Below are positions 27,478 through 37,189 of a DNA stretch of 64,000 nt, in pieces. The first letter of the stretch is position 1, and each line of letters begins with the position of its first letter. Made by a program: the position numbers and the translations under genes. The notes below the pieces were generated by a model. That model did not search any database. It was given only the letters and a program-made list of their open reading frames with translations, and was not told the DNA's origin. The DNA comes from a bacterium (GTDB taxonomy: Bacteria; Patescibacteriota; Minisyncoccia; Moranbacterales; UBA2206): assembly GCA_030654225.1 (NCBI GenBank), contig JAURXY010000031.1, forward strand, positions 1,431-65,430, written 5' to 3'.

Positions 27478-29715
27478 CTATACATTTATCTCAATTACTT
27501 TTGTTGTATCGTTTCCAAAAATATCAACCACTTTTACAGCGATTTTATGTTTTCCCTTTGGCATATCTTTTGATGCAGAAACGAATTCCAACTTCCTGTC
27601 TTTTTTGGTTCGAAATGATTGCCATTCATTTTCAAAGACATAATGCCCTGTCCATTCTTCTTTTTCTTCTCCAGTTTCAGAATTAGTAAATCTGACGACT
27701 TCCTTTTTGCTCTCAAAGTCAAAATCGACCGCCCAATAATCAATCCAATCAGTCCAATTTTTTGTAAGAACTTCACGCTCCACAATATCCGTTTTCTTAT
27801 CTTTGGAAATTTTGATAACTTGCCCATTCTCAATCACGACCCTGCTACCACCAGATTTCAATTTTTCTTCAACTTCTCCAGTGTCATCTTGATTATAAAA
27901 TACGCTAAAATCACTGAGTTCAATTGCTACACTACCCTTTTTCACAATTGGTTTTATTTCAATATAGGCAACATCATAAAACTTAACTTGTCCTTTTTCT
28001 ACCGCCCTTTTATCAAAAACCTCTCTTGGAATTACTTTAAATTGTAAGTCTATGCCTTTACTTTGCATCTCTGAAAAATCCAGCCCCATTTCCCAATCAA
28101 ATCCCAAAACATCAGCCTTAGTGATTCCTTTTTCTTTGCATTCTTTTATTATTTCTTCAATAAACACATCCGAGACTGGGGCATTTACAGGTCCGACTGC
28201 TATAAGTCTATCTCGTTTTTTCCCAACAAACGTTACGAATGAATCAACTGGCTCAGCTTTATATGCTGAAAGAATAAGTTTTATAAATTCCCTTTCTTTA
28301 TTTTCCAAAACTCTTTGTCTTTCTTCTTCTCGTAAATCCGAATGCACCTCAATATAATGCTCCCTTTCGTATCTGCCAACATTCAAAATTTCAAAAGCAC
28401 GAAAATCTTTACTAGCCTTCTTGAGTTCCCGCTGAACACTAATCATTCTTTTTCTAGCAGTGTGGATTGAAAATCTTCCTAGGTCTGAACCAATCCATTT
28501 TCTGCCAAGTTTTTCCGCTACCGCTAAAGTCGTGCCAGAGCCACAAAAAAAGTCAGCCACCAAATCACCTTCGTTTGAAGATGCTTTTATTATTCTTTCA
28601 AGCAAGGATTCTGGTTTTTGGGTTGGATAGTCGTATCTTTCAGATGCATTTGCAGACAATGGAGCAACCCCTTCATCTGACCATAAATCACCAACGTAGT
28701 TTCCTTCTTTTTCGTCCAAATATCTCTTTACCCTTGGCACTCCATTCTTAGTAAAAATAATTCTATTTTCTCTTATTCCTTGGTTAATTTTTTCCTGAGA
28801 CCATATCCAATGCTTTCCAGCGGGTGGAGTTAAAACTTTATCGCCAAATATTTTTGCAGACCCTGAGCCTTTTTGAGTAAAATCAAACGAACCATATCTT
28901 CTTCCCGTAATTTCTTCAACATTAGAGTAATTTTTATCATCTTTACTGCTTTCAATAAACTGAGCATTGAAAAGTGAATTTTCAGATTTTGTATAATGAA
29001 AAATTGAATCCTTCACATTGCTAAAATATTTACTTTGAGCTTTTGCTGAAGTCAATTTATTCCATATTATTTCACTTCTGTAATTTCCTTTTCCAAAAAT
29101 TTCATCCAAAACTAATCTTATACTACTATTTACTCTCCAATCACAATGAATATAGATACTTCCATTATCGGCAAGCAATTCGTGCATTATTCTCAATCGC
29201 TCATAAATCATAGCAACAAAGCTATCCATTCCTCTTCCCCAAGTATCACGAAAAGCAATTTCTTCAATTACTGAAGGCTTTTTTGTAAACTCCTCTTCGC
29301 CTATTTGAACATTCATTGAAAAATCAGCTCCAACATCAAATGGAGGGTCAATATATATCAATTTTAGACCACCTTGTTTTTCTATTTCTTTTCTAAGCGG
29401 TCCATTTTTTAATGAAGAAAGAATAAGTTTGTTGTCTCCCCAAATAAGCTTGTTTGTCCACCCCTGAATTTGTCGCCCTGAAGTATCAAACAAAGATTGT
29501 TGCAATTCAATTTTCCCCTCGCTTCTTGGTTCGTCAATTTGCTCAATTGTCTGAAACGGAAGAACTAGATTGCAAACTTCATTGGTTTTCCCATTCCATA
29601 AAAGCTCAACTTCCCTAGCATCATCAAAAAGCAAAAAGCGATACTTCTCAGGAAGTGACTTATTTTTTTCAAGATATTTAATAATATCCCGTTTTTCGTT
29701 ATCGCTTAGATTCAT
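27478..29715 (-). CDS. mod: Type III R-M Mod subunit (beta-class N6-adenine DNA methyltransferase)
   Basis: 745 aa. Motif IV IDPPFD precedes motif I FFCGSGTT (beta order). Carries a ~300-aa C-terminal extension. Confidence 0.85.
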   Translation of the reverse strand: MNLSDNEKRDIIKYLEKNKSLPEKYRFLLFDDAREVELLWNGKTNEVCNLVLPFQTIEQIDEPRSEGKIELQQSLFDTSGRQIQGWTNKLIWGDNKLILSSLKNGPLRKEIEKQGGLKLIYIDPPFDVGADFSMNVQIGEEEFTKKPSVIEEIAFRDTWGRGMDSFVAMIYERLRIMHELLADNGSIYIHCDWRVNSSIRLVLDEIFGKGNYRSEIIWNKLTSAKAQSKYFSNVKDSIFHYTKSENSLFNAQFIESSKDDKNYSNVEEITGRRYGSFDFTQKGSGSAKIFGDKVLTPPAGKHWIWSQEKINQGIRENRIIFTKNGVPRVKRYLDEKEGNYVGDLWSDEGVAPLSANASERYDYPTQKPESLLERIIKASSNEGDLVADFFCGSGTTLAVAEKLGRKWIGSDLGRFSIHTARKRMISVQRELKKASKDFRAFEILNVGRYEREHYIEVHSDLREEERQRVLENKEREFIKLILSAYKAEPVDSFVTFVGKKRDRLIAVGPVNAPVSDVFIEEIIKECKEKGITKADVLGFDWEMGLDFSEMQSKGIDLQFKVIPREVFDKRAVEKGQVKFYDVAYIEIKPIVKKGSVAIELSDFSVFYNQDDTGEVEEKLKSGGSRVVIENGQVIKISKDKKTDIVEREVLTKNWTDWIDYWAVDFDFESKKEVVRFTNSETGEEKEEWTGHYVFENEWQSFRTKKDRKLEFVSASKDMPKGKHKIAVKVVDIFGNDTTKVIEINV

Positions 29716-29773
29716 ATTATATTTAATATTTATATACCTTCATATTACCGCCATCCAGCCATAAAGTAAAGAA

Positions 29774-31114
29774 TTATACTTTTTTGGGCAAATTTTCCTT
29801 ACTAATATTTTTCTCCACAAATTCTTTCTGTTTCTTTCTTTTTTCAAAAAATCCCATAGCATCGATTTCACCGGAATTTATATCCGAAAGCCTTTCTAAT
29901 TCCTTGTCCAGTTCGCACATTTCTGGATTAACTTCCAAGGCAGTTTCATTGATACCCAGCAGTTTTATACCGTCCAATCTTCTAACTCTCGACAAGGCTA
30001 CATAGCCCATTCCATATTCAAATGATTTGCTCAAATCCATTTCCACCGCGTCCAGTGTCATACCCTGACTTTTGTGAACTGTGATTGCCCACGCTAATCT
30101 AAGTGGCACTTGCGTCACTGAAGCTAATATCACTTCATCTTCTTCAATAGACCATTTTTCAGGAGTGGCAACAATTATTTTACCAGAAAGTGTTTGCACG
30201 ATTGGCAATCCGCTTTCTTCAAAATCAGTGACAACTCCAAGTGTGCCATTGACAAAACCTCTTTCGAAATTATTTTTCACAAACATTACCACCGCACCTT
30301 TTTTGAGAATAAGTTTTTCAGGAGCCAGACATCCCCGCTTAATCGTAGTCACTAAATTTTCTATGCCGGTAGCAGTCATCAAAAATTCTTTCGGCTCTTC
30401 TTTGATTTTTTGCAATTCAAAATCGTTGATAGCATCCACATTGGCATTGTGAGTATATAGTCGTGTAGGAGCAATATTGTTTTTTATAGTTTTATTTTCT
30501 CTGGAAAGAATCATTCCCATCGTTTCGCTGTCGCAAGTCCTGTTTCTAATATCACCCAGGATTTTTAACATCTGCCTATCTTCTTGCCGGTGCTGTTCTT
30601 CCAAATAGCAAATCCTCAAATTCATTTCATCCCACGCTCTGGATTCAATTACAAATTTTGCCCTGCTTCCATATCTTGCTACGGGAGGCAATTGAAAAAA
30701 ATCCCCGCAAAGAATAACTTGCAATCCTCCAAATGGAAAAAATGGCTCTTTGAATCTTTTGCAAATGCTATTTACAATGTCCAACTGATGAGCGTGAAGC
30801 ATAGACACTTCATCTATTATCAGCACTTTGGTTTTTTTAATTCGACTTTTATAGAAAGGTCTTTTTTTAAGTTTAGAAAAATCCGCTTCAGTAAATATAT
30901 CTTTAATGCCCATACCAGACCAACTATGAATAGTTTGTCCATTCATATGTGTCGAAGCAATCCCAGTTGAAGCTGTTATCGCTACTCCTATTTTTTTACT
31001 TTTAAGATATTGAATATATTGATTTAGCAAATATGTTTTTCCGCTTCCTGCAGGACCCGTCAAAAACACATTGTGTCCCAATTTCAAAATATCCAGAGCC
31101 GTTGCTTGTTTCAT
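29774..31114 (-). CDS. Pif1/RecD-like SF1B DNA helicase
   Basis: 446 aa. LTGPAGSGKTYLL Walker A, IIDEVSM Walker B, and a C-terminal RecD-like domain. Confidence 0.75.
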   Translation of the reverse strand: MKQATALDILKLGHNVFLTGPAGSGKTYLLNQYIQYLKSKKIGVAITASTGIASTHMNGQTIHSWSGMGIKDIFTEADFSKLKKRPFYKSRIKKTKVLIIDEVSMLHAHQLDIVNSICKRFKEPFFPFGGLQVILCGDFFQLPPVARYGSRAKFVIESRAWDEMNLRICYLEEQHRQEDRQMLKILGDIRNRTCDSETMGMILSRENKTIKNNIAPTRLYTHNANVDAINDFELQKIKEEPKEFLMTATGIENLVTTIKRGCLAPEKLILKKGAVVMFVKNNFERGFVNGTLGVVTDFEESGLPIVQTLSGKIIVATPEKWSIEEDEVILASVTQVPLRLAWAITVHKSQGMTLDAVEMDLSKSFEYGMGYVALSRVRRLDGIKLLGINETALEVNPEMCELDKELERLSDINSGEIDAMGFFEKRKKQKEFVEKNISKENLPKKV

Positions 31115-31317
31115 TGATTTTTGCCTTATTTATACTTCAATTCTAGCAAGAAACAGCCTCGGAGTAAAGCTAAATTATGCCTATCTTTCGCTAAATTTTA
31201 GCTTGTGTGCGATTCATTGGCTCAATTAGTATAAATATAGCCACTCAGTCTTTTTTATACACAAATAGCCAGTTTTTTAGCTGGCTATTTTATGGTTTCA
31301 AAGTTCAACTTTTTAAA

Positions 31318-32277
31318 CTAGTCAACAGCCACTTCGTCTTTAGTCCCATCCTCATAAATTATCGTACTTGGCAACCATTCATATTTCATATTGCTTAAAT
31401 CAGCACTTTTCAATTGCTTATCTTCCTCTAAGAATTGATTGAATCTTTTATTAGCTAAATACTCCTTTGTTTCTCCACTTTTAATCCCTTCTTCATATTT
31501 TAAAGGACTGGAAATTATCTCTTTATCAAACATATCTAAAAATCTGAGCTTACCCTGAAAGCCTTTGATATTTTTATCAGAATGATTTGTAAAGTTAAAT
31601 TTTATCTGAATGTAATCATCATAAGCTCCTTTCATATAATCTGAAGGAATGAATGTTTTTTCTTTCACTTCAACTAGAATCACACCTCTCAACTTTTCAT
31701 ATTTTTGATTTTCTTCCTCAGCCTTCTTTTTCTTTTCATCTTCTGCTATCTTTTTGGCATCTGTCGCTTCAGGATTGGCTTTTTTAAAATCATCAAAATT
31801 TACTCCGACAACCTTCCAATATCCTTCGGGTGTTTTTATCATATTCAAGCGAATCTCTTCATTTTTTGAGTTAAGTAATATTATATTAGCAGATTTGCCT
31901 TCTTTTTTTATTTCTTTTATTTTCGCTTCTGCAAAAATGTTTTGCTTACCATCCGAAATTTCTTCGATACTTTTATTTATGCTGTTCTTAAGACCTTCTT
32001 TTATAGTTGGCAAAAAAGCATTTACTAATCCTTTGCCCAACTCTCCCAGAGAATCCGTCGAGGAATTCATCTCACTCTCAATACTCTTTGAGCCTTCATC
32101 TGTCAGATTATTCACAATTCTATCTACATCCACATATTTGTTAAAAGAAATACTGTCGTGGTCTTGAATCGCCTTTTTTGTCTGCCATAGCGAGTATCTC
32201 AGCGTGCCTTTAAAATAATAAAAAGATGAACCAATAACTACTAATACAACAACTGCAATTACGATTAGTTTTTTCAT
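31318..32277 (-). CDS. hypothetical N-terminally membrane-anchored protein
   Basis: 319 aa. One N-terminal TM and a Lys/Glu-rich extracytoplasmic region. Confidence 0.4.
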   Translation of the reverse strand: MKKLIVIAVVVLVVIGSSFYYFKGTLRYSLWQTKKAIQDHDSISFNKYVDVDRIVNNLTDEGSKSIESEMNSSTDSLGELGKGLVNAFLPTIKEGLKNSINKSIEEISDGKQNIFAEAKIKEIKKEGKSANIILLNSKNEEIRLNMIKTPEGYWKVVGVNFDDFKKANPEATDAKKIAEDEKKKKAEEENQKYEKLRGVILVEVKEKTFIPSDYMKGAYDDYIQIKFNFTNHSDKNIKGFQGKLRFLDMFDKEIISSPLKYEEGIKSGETKEYLANKRFNQFLEEDKQLKSADLSNMKYEWLPSTIIYEDGTKDEVAVD

Positions 32278-32295
32278 TTGATTTATTTTTAATAA

Positions 32296-32751
32296 TTATA
32301 AATTTGTGATTTGTTTATTAAATTCATAAGCGTTCTTGAATTCTTCCGCATTATTTTTATTTATTTTCAATCCCCACTCTGGTCGGCTCTTCTTATTTTC
32401 GTAATCATTCTCACTGAAAAACTTCTCTTGTTTTCTCTCCCATTCCAAAGATGGTACAAGACATAGCGTTGACTGTTCGCCTTCTTCAAAAAGCACTAAA
32501 GCTAACAAAAAGTTTTTTCTGAGAGCAAAGACTTCTTTTCGCATAAAGACATAATTGTAATTCCGCACCGATTTCACTTGAATGTCATAATGTTCGCTTT
32601 CATTTTTTCTAATCACAAAATCTATGCCCTTGTCGTCCACTTCTGAAGTGTAAACATCAAAGCCAGCTTTCGTAAATTCCATCTTGGCAAAATACTCGCC
32701 GTATTTTCCAAGTTGCAGATGACTTAATTTTGACCAGTTGTTGTTTTCCAT
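32296..32751 (-). CDS. Hjc/restriction-endonuclease-fold (PD-(D/E)xK) nuclease-like protein
   Basis: 151 aa. GEYFAKMEF...GFDVY...DDKGIDFVI...YDIQVKS matches an E...D...(E/Q)xK pattern. Confidence 0.4.
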   Translation of the reverse strand: MENNNWSKLSHLQLGKYGEYFAKMEFTKAGFDVYTSEVDDKGIDFVIRKNESEHYDIQVKSVRNYNYVFMRKEVFALRKNFLLALVLFEEGEQSTLCLVPSLEWERKQEKFFSENDYENKKSRPEWGLKINKNNAEEFKNAYEFNKQITNL

Positions 32752-32945
32752 ATTATTTTTTTATAACAAAAAGGGACAACCCTTAATTGGATTGCCCTAG
32801 CCGACAAAGACTGGTAACGCACCTTTCAGAGTTGCCCCTTATTATGCGTTACCTAAAAACTTTGCAATGATTAGTTGCTTTATTTTTTGTCGGCTAGGTA
32901 TTTAATTAACTTTATCTTACCTTTTTAAAGAACTTTGGTCAATCT

Positions 32946-33830
32946 TCAAATTTGTGCCAGCCTCACCTCCTTTCTGAGCCGTGATTTGGCTATGTGCAAA
33001 TATCTTTCAGTAGTCGAGATATTTTTGTGCCCTGCCAATATCTGAATTGTTTTCAGGTTCACGCCTTTTTCCAAAAGTCTGGAACAGAAGCTGTGGCGGA
33101 GGGAATGCACTGAGATGTTCGACTTGGTTATTCCAGCCAATTTCAAATATTTCTGAACCAGCATTCCCACTCTTCTTTGCGTGATTCTTTTTTTGAAACT
33201 ACTCATAAACAATGGTTCTGATATTTTTTTGCCTTTAGACAACTGCTTGATATTTTTTGCCAGCTCTGTGTTTATCGGAATACTTTGTTTTTGTCCGCCC
33301 TTCCTTTTGACAATTATCGTTTTTGCTTCTGTATCAATATCTTCAATGCTTAAATTTGTCAGCTCTGAAATTCTAATGCCCGTTTCAATAAAAATTTTTA
33401 TCATTAGCTCGTTTCTTTTTTTATGTTTGCTTTTATCATCCCTAACAACTTTGATTAGTTTTTTCAATTCTGACTCAGTCAAATAGCTCGGCTCTTTTTC
33501 TTTGACTTTCGGCATCGCGATATTTTTAGCTGGACTATTCTTCATCAAACTCTCATTTTCTAAAAATCCAAAGAAATTTTTAAGCGAAGTAAGTTTTCTT
33601 CTTCTGGTTATCGGCTGATTATTTTTCTCCGATAAAAAAACAAGAAAGCTCCGAATGGAGCCTCTTGCTAATTTATTAACCGAGAAATTCTTGATGAAAT
33701 GACCGAATTCAAAAATATCTCGCTGATAAACCTCAATGGTCTTTTCGCTCAGTCCTTTTTCTATACGCAGATATTCTAAATATTTCTTTGTATATTTTTG
33801 CATTGATGTGTGCCTCGTTACTTGTGACAC
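32946..33830 (-). CDS. tyrosine recombinase / integrase
   Basis: 294 aa (GTG start; ATG at 33803 possible). SLRHSFCSRLLEKGVNLKTIQILAGHKNISTTERY. Confidence 0.8.
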   Translation of the reverse strand: MSQVTRHTSMQKYTKKYLEYLRIEKGLSEKTIEVYQRDIFEFGHFIKNFSVNKLARGSIRSFLVFLSEKNNQPITRRRKLTSLKNFFGFLENESLMKNSPAKNIAMPKVKEKEPSYLTESELKKLIKVVRDDKSKHKKRNELMIKIFIETGIRISELTNLSIEDIDTEAKTIIVKRKGGQKQSIPINTELAKNIKQLSKGKKISEPLFMSSFKKRITQRRVGMLVQKYLKLAGITKSNISVHSLRHSFCSRLLEKGVNLKTIQILAGHKNISTTERYLHIAKSRLRKEVRLAQI

Positions 33831-33868
33831 ACATTAGCTCGCAAAGCTAAATGAAGTCAAGGGCTTTA
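33825..33868. repeat. direct repeat A (gtgacacacattagctc...gaagtcaagg) at start of integrase cassette
   Basis: Shares 15/17 + 10/10 nt blocks at the same spacing with 45698-45739. Confidence 0.5.
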
Positions 33869-34329
33869 ATTTCAGCCATAACTCGCTTGAAAACTCCAAG
33901 GTTAGTTACCTCCAATAGATTATTTCTGTCTGAGGAAACCTTGCGGATTCCTTCGCCATTTCTATCTTTGAACTCAACATAGAAATTCATTCCTTCATCA
34001 AAGAAGAATTTGGTATCAATGAATCTGACCACAGCTTTTTCATTGATGGCTTCCAGCAAATCAAACACCAACAGCGATTCCAATTTTCCGAAATCGCAAG
34101 GCTGACATTCAATGTCCACCAGATTATCATCGGGATAAAAATCCATTTCAAAAGAAACGATTACTTTATTTTCTTCATTACTGATGTGAAACGAAACTTT
34201 ATCTTTTGCCTCCTCAATAAGCTTGTGATACAAATGCTTATACTCAGAATTTTTCTTTTTGGCGTTCACCAGATTATGCAGAAATTTATTCTGCGTCACT
34301 GGCTTTAGAAACTTAATTTTTACTGTCAT
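33847..34329 (-). CDS. hypothetical protein
   Basis: 160 aa. No recognisable motif. Confidence 0.3.
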   Translation of the reverse strand: MTVKIKFLKPVTQNKFLHNLVNAKKKNSEYKHLYHKLIEEAKDKVSFHISNEENKVIVSFEMDFYPDDNLVDIECQPCDFGKLESLLVFDLLEAINEKAVVRFIDTKFFFDEGMNFYVEFKDRNGEGIRKVSSDRNNLLEVTNLGVFKRVMAEIKALDFI

Positions 34330-34448
34330 ATTATTGAATTATTACAAATTAAAAACTTCCGATAACATACATTATAGGAACATTTAGAATATTAGATGCA
34401 AAATCAGAATTGACACGCATATACTATAAATTACAAAAAATATTTCAC

Positions 34449-35993
34449 TCATAGTTGTTGAGACTTCCTCCACTCTTCAAGTTCTTTGAGTGTGGGGAAA
34501 TTCTGTTTATGATTTATACTTTCTTTTGCTCTTTCCTCTTTAGTTTCAATTTTGGTCGGCTGTTCTAACAATAACTTCTCCGCTTTTATTTGTTCTTGGA
34601 ATTTTTCCAAAGTCGGTGCTCCTGTTATTACAAAGCCTGCATCACCTCTATCCTCTTGCACTGCATACATTGAACACATTCCCAGACTCACGCTGTGGTC
34701 TGAAAAGCCTCCAGATTTATGGTCAATTCGCCAGCCATAACTTTTCTCTTCAGCGTTCAGACTTAACAATTCTTCTTCCAATAGTTTGTGCGGAAAAATT
34801 CTGATTAAGCCATTGTGGAACAAATAGTAAAGATTCTGAGAGAGTTTTTGGATAGATGTTGATGTAAAAGTAAATTCTTCAACCTTAATCAATCGCTTTA
34901 ATCTTTCTGCTGTCGACTTCATCTGCCACGGGTCGAAAATATTTCGGATAATATTGAAACTTTTATTGCAAGCCATTATCGCCTCTTCCACATCGCTTAT
35001 CAGCACTGGATTATTTTTCGTTCCGCTGAAGGTGCGAATATAATCCAAATAGACCAAGTTGTCAGCATCGCTTTTATGGCAAACCGTGAGCACAGTCTTG
35101 TCCCTTGTCAGTCCCAAGTCAACCGCCAAATAATACCCTGTATTATCCCTCCCGCTTAACTGTGGTTTTAATAATGAGTCAATACATTTATCTAGTTCCG
35201 ATTTTGAGATGAAAGCATTTTCTCCTTGCACCCATCTATTCTCGTGAAGCCGTTGATACACGCCCGCTGGTAACCGCATTCGTTGCTGTTCCAGATATTC
35301 CTTGGTCACCCAGCTAGACAAATTTTCCTCTGACCAAAAGAAAAACATTTTAGCATCTCGCTCTTTCACTCCAGTCTGATATAACTCAAAGAGCAAACTG
35401 GTCTGGTCAGTGCCTGCATATGTAACAATAAATGTAAGTGGTTCTTTTCTGACTGGCGACTGCGTGAGAGCGTCATATAAATCTCGTGATGGTTGATTCC
35501 ACAATTCATCAAATACGACACAGGTTGGATTCAAGCCGTGAGCTGTGGGGGCGTCAGCCGAGAGAACTTTATAGATTGAATTTGTGCTAGGAACAACAAT
35601 TTCGTCTTTGTAGATTTTAACTGAGTCTAGTAATATCGGATTTCGTTCAATGGCACGCTTAGTCATTTGAAATATAATCTTAGCTTGGTCTTTATCGCCT
35701 GCCACAGAATATACTTCAGCATTCACAACATCGGCAAAAAGCATATATAAGGCGATGCCAGAGGCTAGTGTTGATTTTCCATTTTTCTTTGGAATACCCA
35801 CTAGTGCCAAATTATATTTCCTGAAACCATTTGCATCTTTGACTTGAAAAATATTCATTAAAATTTTCTTTTGAAATTCTTCCAGTACAATAGGCTTGCC
35901 AGTTTCCAGAATATATTGTTCCTGCAAAAACACTACGATATCTTTTTTGTATTCAATGAGTTTTTCCCGTGTGATTGGTTTAATCTTTGTCAT
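34449..35993 (-). CDS. phage terminase large subunit
   Basis: 514 aa. P-loop GIPKKNGKST, Walker B CVVFDELW, and a C-terminal RNaseH-like nuclease region with conserved Asp residues. Confidence 0.6.
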   Translation of the reverse strand: MTKIKPITREKLIEYKKDIVVFLQEQYILETGKPIVLEEFQKKILMNIFQVKDANGFRKYNLALVGIPKKNGKSTLASGIALYMLFADVVNAEVYSVAGDKDQAKIIFQMTKRAIERNPILLDSVKIYKDEIVVPSTNSIYKVLSADAPTAHGLNPTCVVFDELWNQPSRDLYDALTQSPVRKEPLTFIVTYAGTDQTSLLFELYQTGVKERDAKMFFFWSEENLSSWVTKEYLEQQRMRLPAGVYQRLHENRWVQGENAFISKSELDKCIDSLLKPQLSGRDNTGYYLAVDLGLTRDKTVLTVCHKSDADNLVYLDYIRTFSGTKNNPVLISDVEEAIMACNKSFNIIRNIFDPWQMKSTAERLKRLIKVEEFTFTSTSIQKLSQNLYYLFHNGLIRIFPHKLLEEELLSLNAEEKSYGWRIDHKSGGFSDHSVSLGMCSMYAVQEDRGDAGFVITGAPTLEKFQEQIKAEKLLLEQPTKIETKEERAKESINHKQNFPTLKELEEWRKSQQL

Positions 35994-36519
35994 ATTCCAA
36001 TTCGCTTAATTCTTTAGCTAGGCTGTATGTTTGAGCCACATTCAACCCTATTCTGCTTCTAGCATCAGGCGTAAGCCCCAAAGCACTACAAAAATGAATC
36101 ACTAATCGCTCATATACCGCTCTGGTTTTCAGAATAGGCTGAAAGTCAAATTGGTTATTATCCAATAAAAATGGCGAGGTTTTGGACAACCATTTGTCGG
36201 TGATATATAAGAAAGCGTAATTACGACAGAGCCTTTTGACCAAGATGCGGTCTATTTCTTGAATCTGAGGCAAAACCATAATTTGCTCTTCCAATTCGTT
36301 CTCAAATTTCAACACTGAACGGCAAATTTTGGCTTCAGGCGAGTAATATTCGCACTCTTGGCTGAATATACAGCTCTGACATCCAGGGGCTAAACCTGAC
36401 TTTAAAAAGGCAAATCCGCCCGATTTCAAAACCGATTCCCTATTTAGATTTTGGGTAACTTTCTTTATGCCTTCTTCTGTTTTGGGTCCCATTGACACTG
36501 GTTTTTGTATTTCAGCCAT
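35980..36519 (-). CDS. hypothetical protein (position consistent with terminase small subunit)
   Basis: 179 aa. Immediately upstream of and overlapping terL. No motif recognised. Confidence 0.25.
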   Translation of the reverse strand: MAEIQKPVSMGPKTEEGIKKVTQNLNRESVLKSGGFAFLKSGLAPGCQSCIFSQECEYYSPEAKICRSVLKFENELEEQIMVLPQIQEIDRILVKRLCRNYAFLYITDKWLSKTSPFLLDNNQFDFQPILKTRAVYERLVIHFCSALGLTPDARSRIGLNVAQTYSLAKELSELEYDKD

Positions 36520-36525
36520 TTGATT

Positions 36526-37170
36526 TTATTGATTTTCAGTTTTTAGTTTGATATAAGCTTTGCATACTTTCACTAGCCCTTCGCCTCTGGTCTTTTGACC
36601 TACTAATTCCAATGCTTCTTCCACTACTTCCAATTCCTCTTTTATGATTGAAAAAGTAAGCAATACGGGAAGATTTTTATTTTGTTCCGTAGCATCATTT
36701 TCCAATTTTTTAATCAAATCATCATCAATTTTTATTGCCTCCAATTTTTCCTTTATTTCTGAGTTATTGAATCCCAATTTTTCCGCCAATTCTTCCAGAT
36801 TGTATTTTCCTGAATCGTGAATGCTTTTGATGAGGTTATGCAGTTTCTGCTCGTTGAATGTTCCGTGTTTTTGATTCCAAGCGATGCTCAAAAGTTTATG
36901 CTCTGTTTCATCTGCTGGTTCATAGAAAATTACTGGCACTTCCGTATAGCCTAATTCTTCCATCGCTTTTTTTCTGTGATGCCCATCCACTAGCGTATTA
37001 TCTTTTGGATTGACGATTAAACTTTGCCCCACAAGTCCGTGCTCTTCTATGTCTTTTTTAAGAGAGGCGAATAATTCCTCTGAAAACTCATTTGCATTTT
37101 CAAACGGACTTGGCTTTATTTCTCCAATCGGAACCAACTTAACCTCTGCGTATATCTTTTTGTCTGTCAT
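36526..37170 (-). CDS. ParB-like nuclease domain protein
   Basis: 214 aa. LVDGHHR motif of the ParB/Srx fold. Confidence 0.65.
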   Translation of the reverse strand: MTDKKIYAEVKLVPIGEIKPSPFENANEFSEELFASLKKDIEEHGLVGQSLIVNPKDNTLVDGHHRKKAMEELGYTEVPVIFYEPADETEHKLLSIAWNQKHGTFNEQKLHNLIKSIHDSGKYNLEELAEKLGFNNSEIKEKLEAIKIDDDLIKKLENDATEQNKNLPVLLTFSIIKEELEVVEEALELVGQKTRGEGLVKVCKAYIKLKTENQ

Positions 37171-37189
37171 ATTTTTGTTAGTTAAATAA

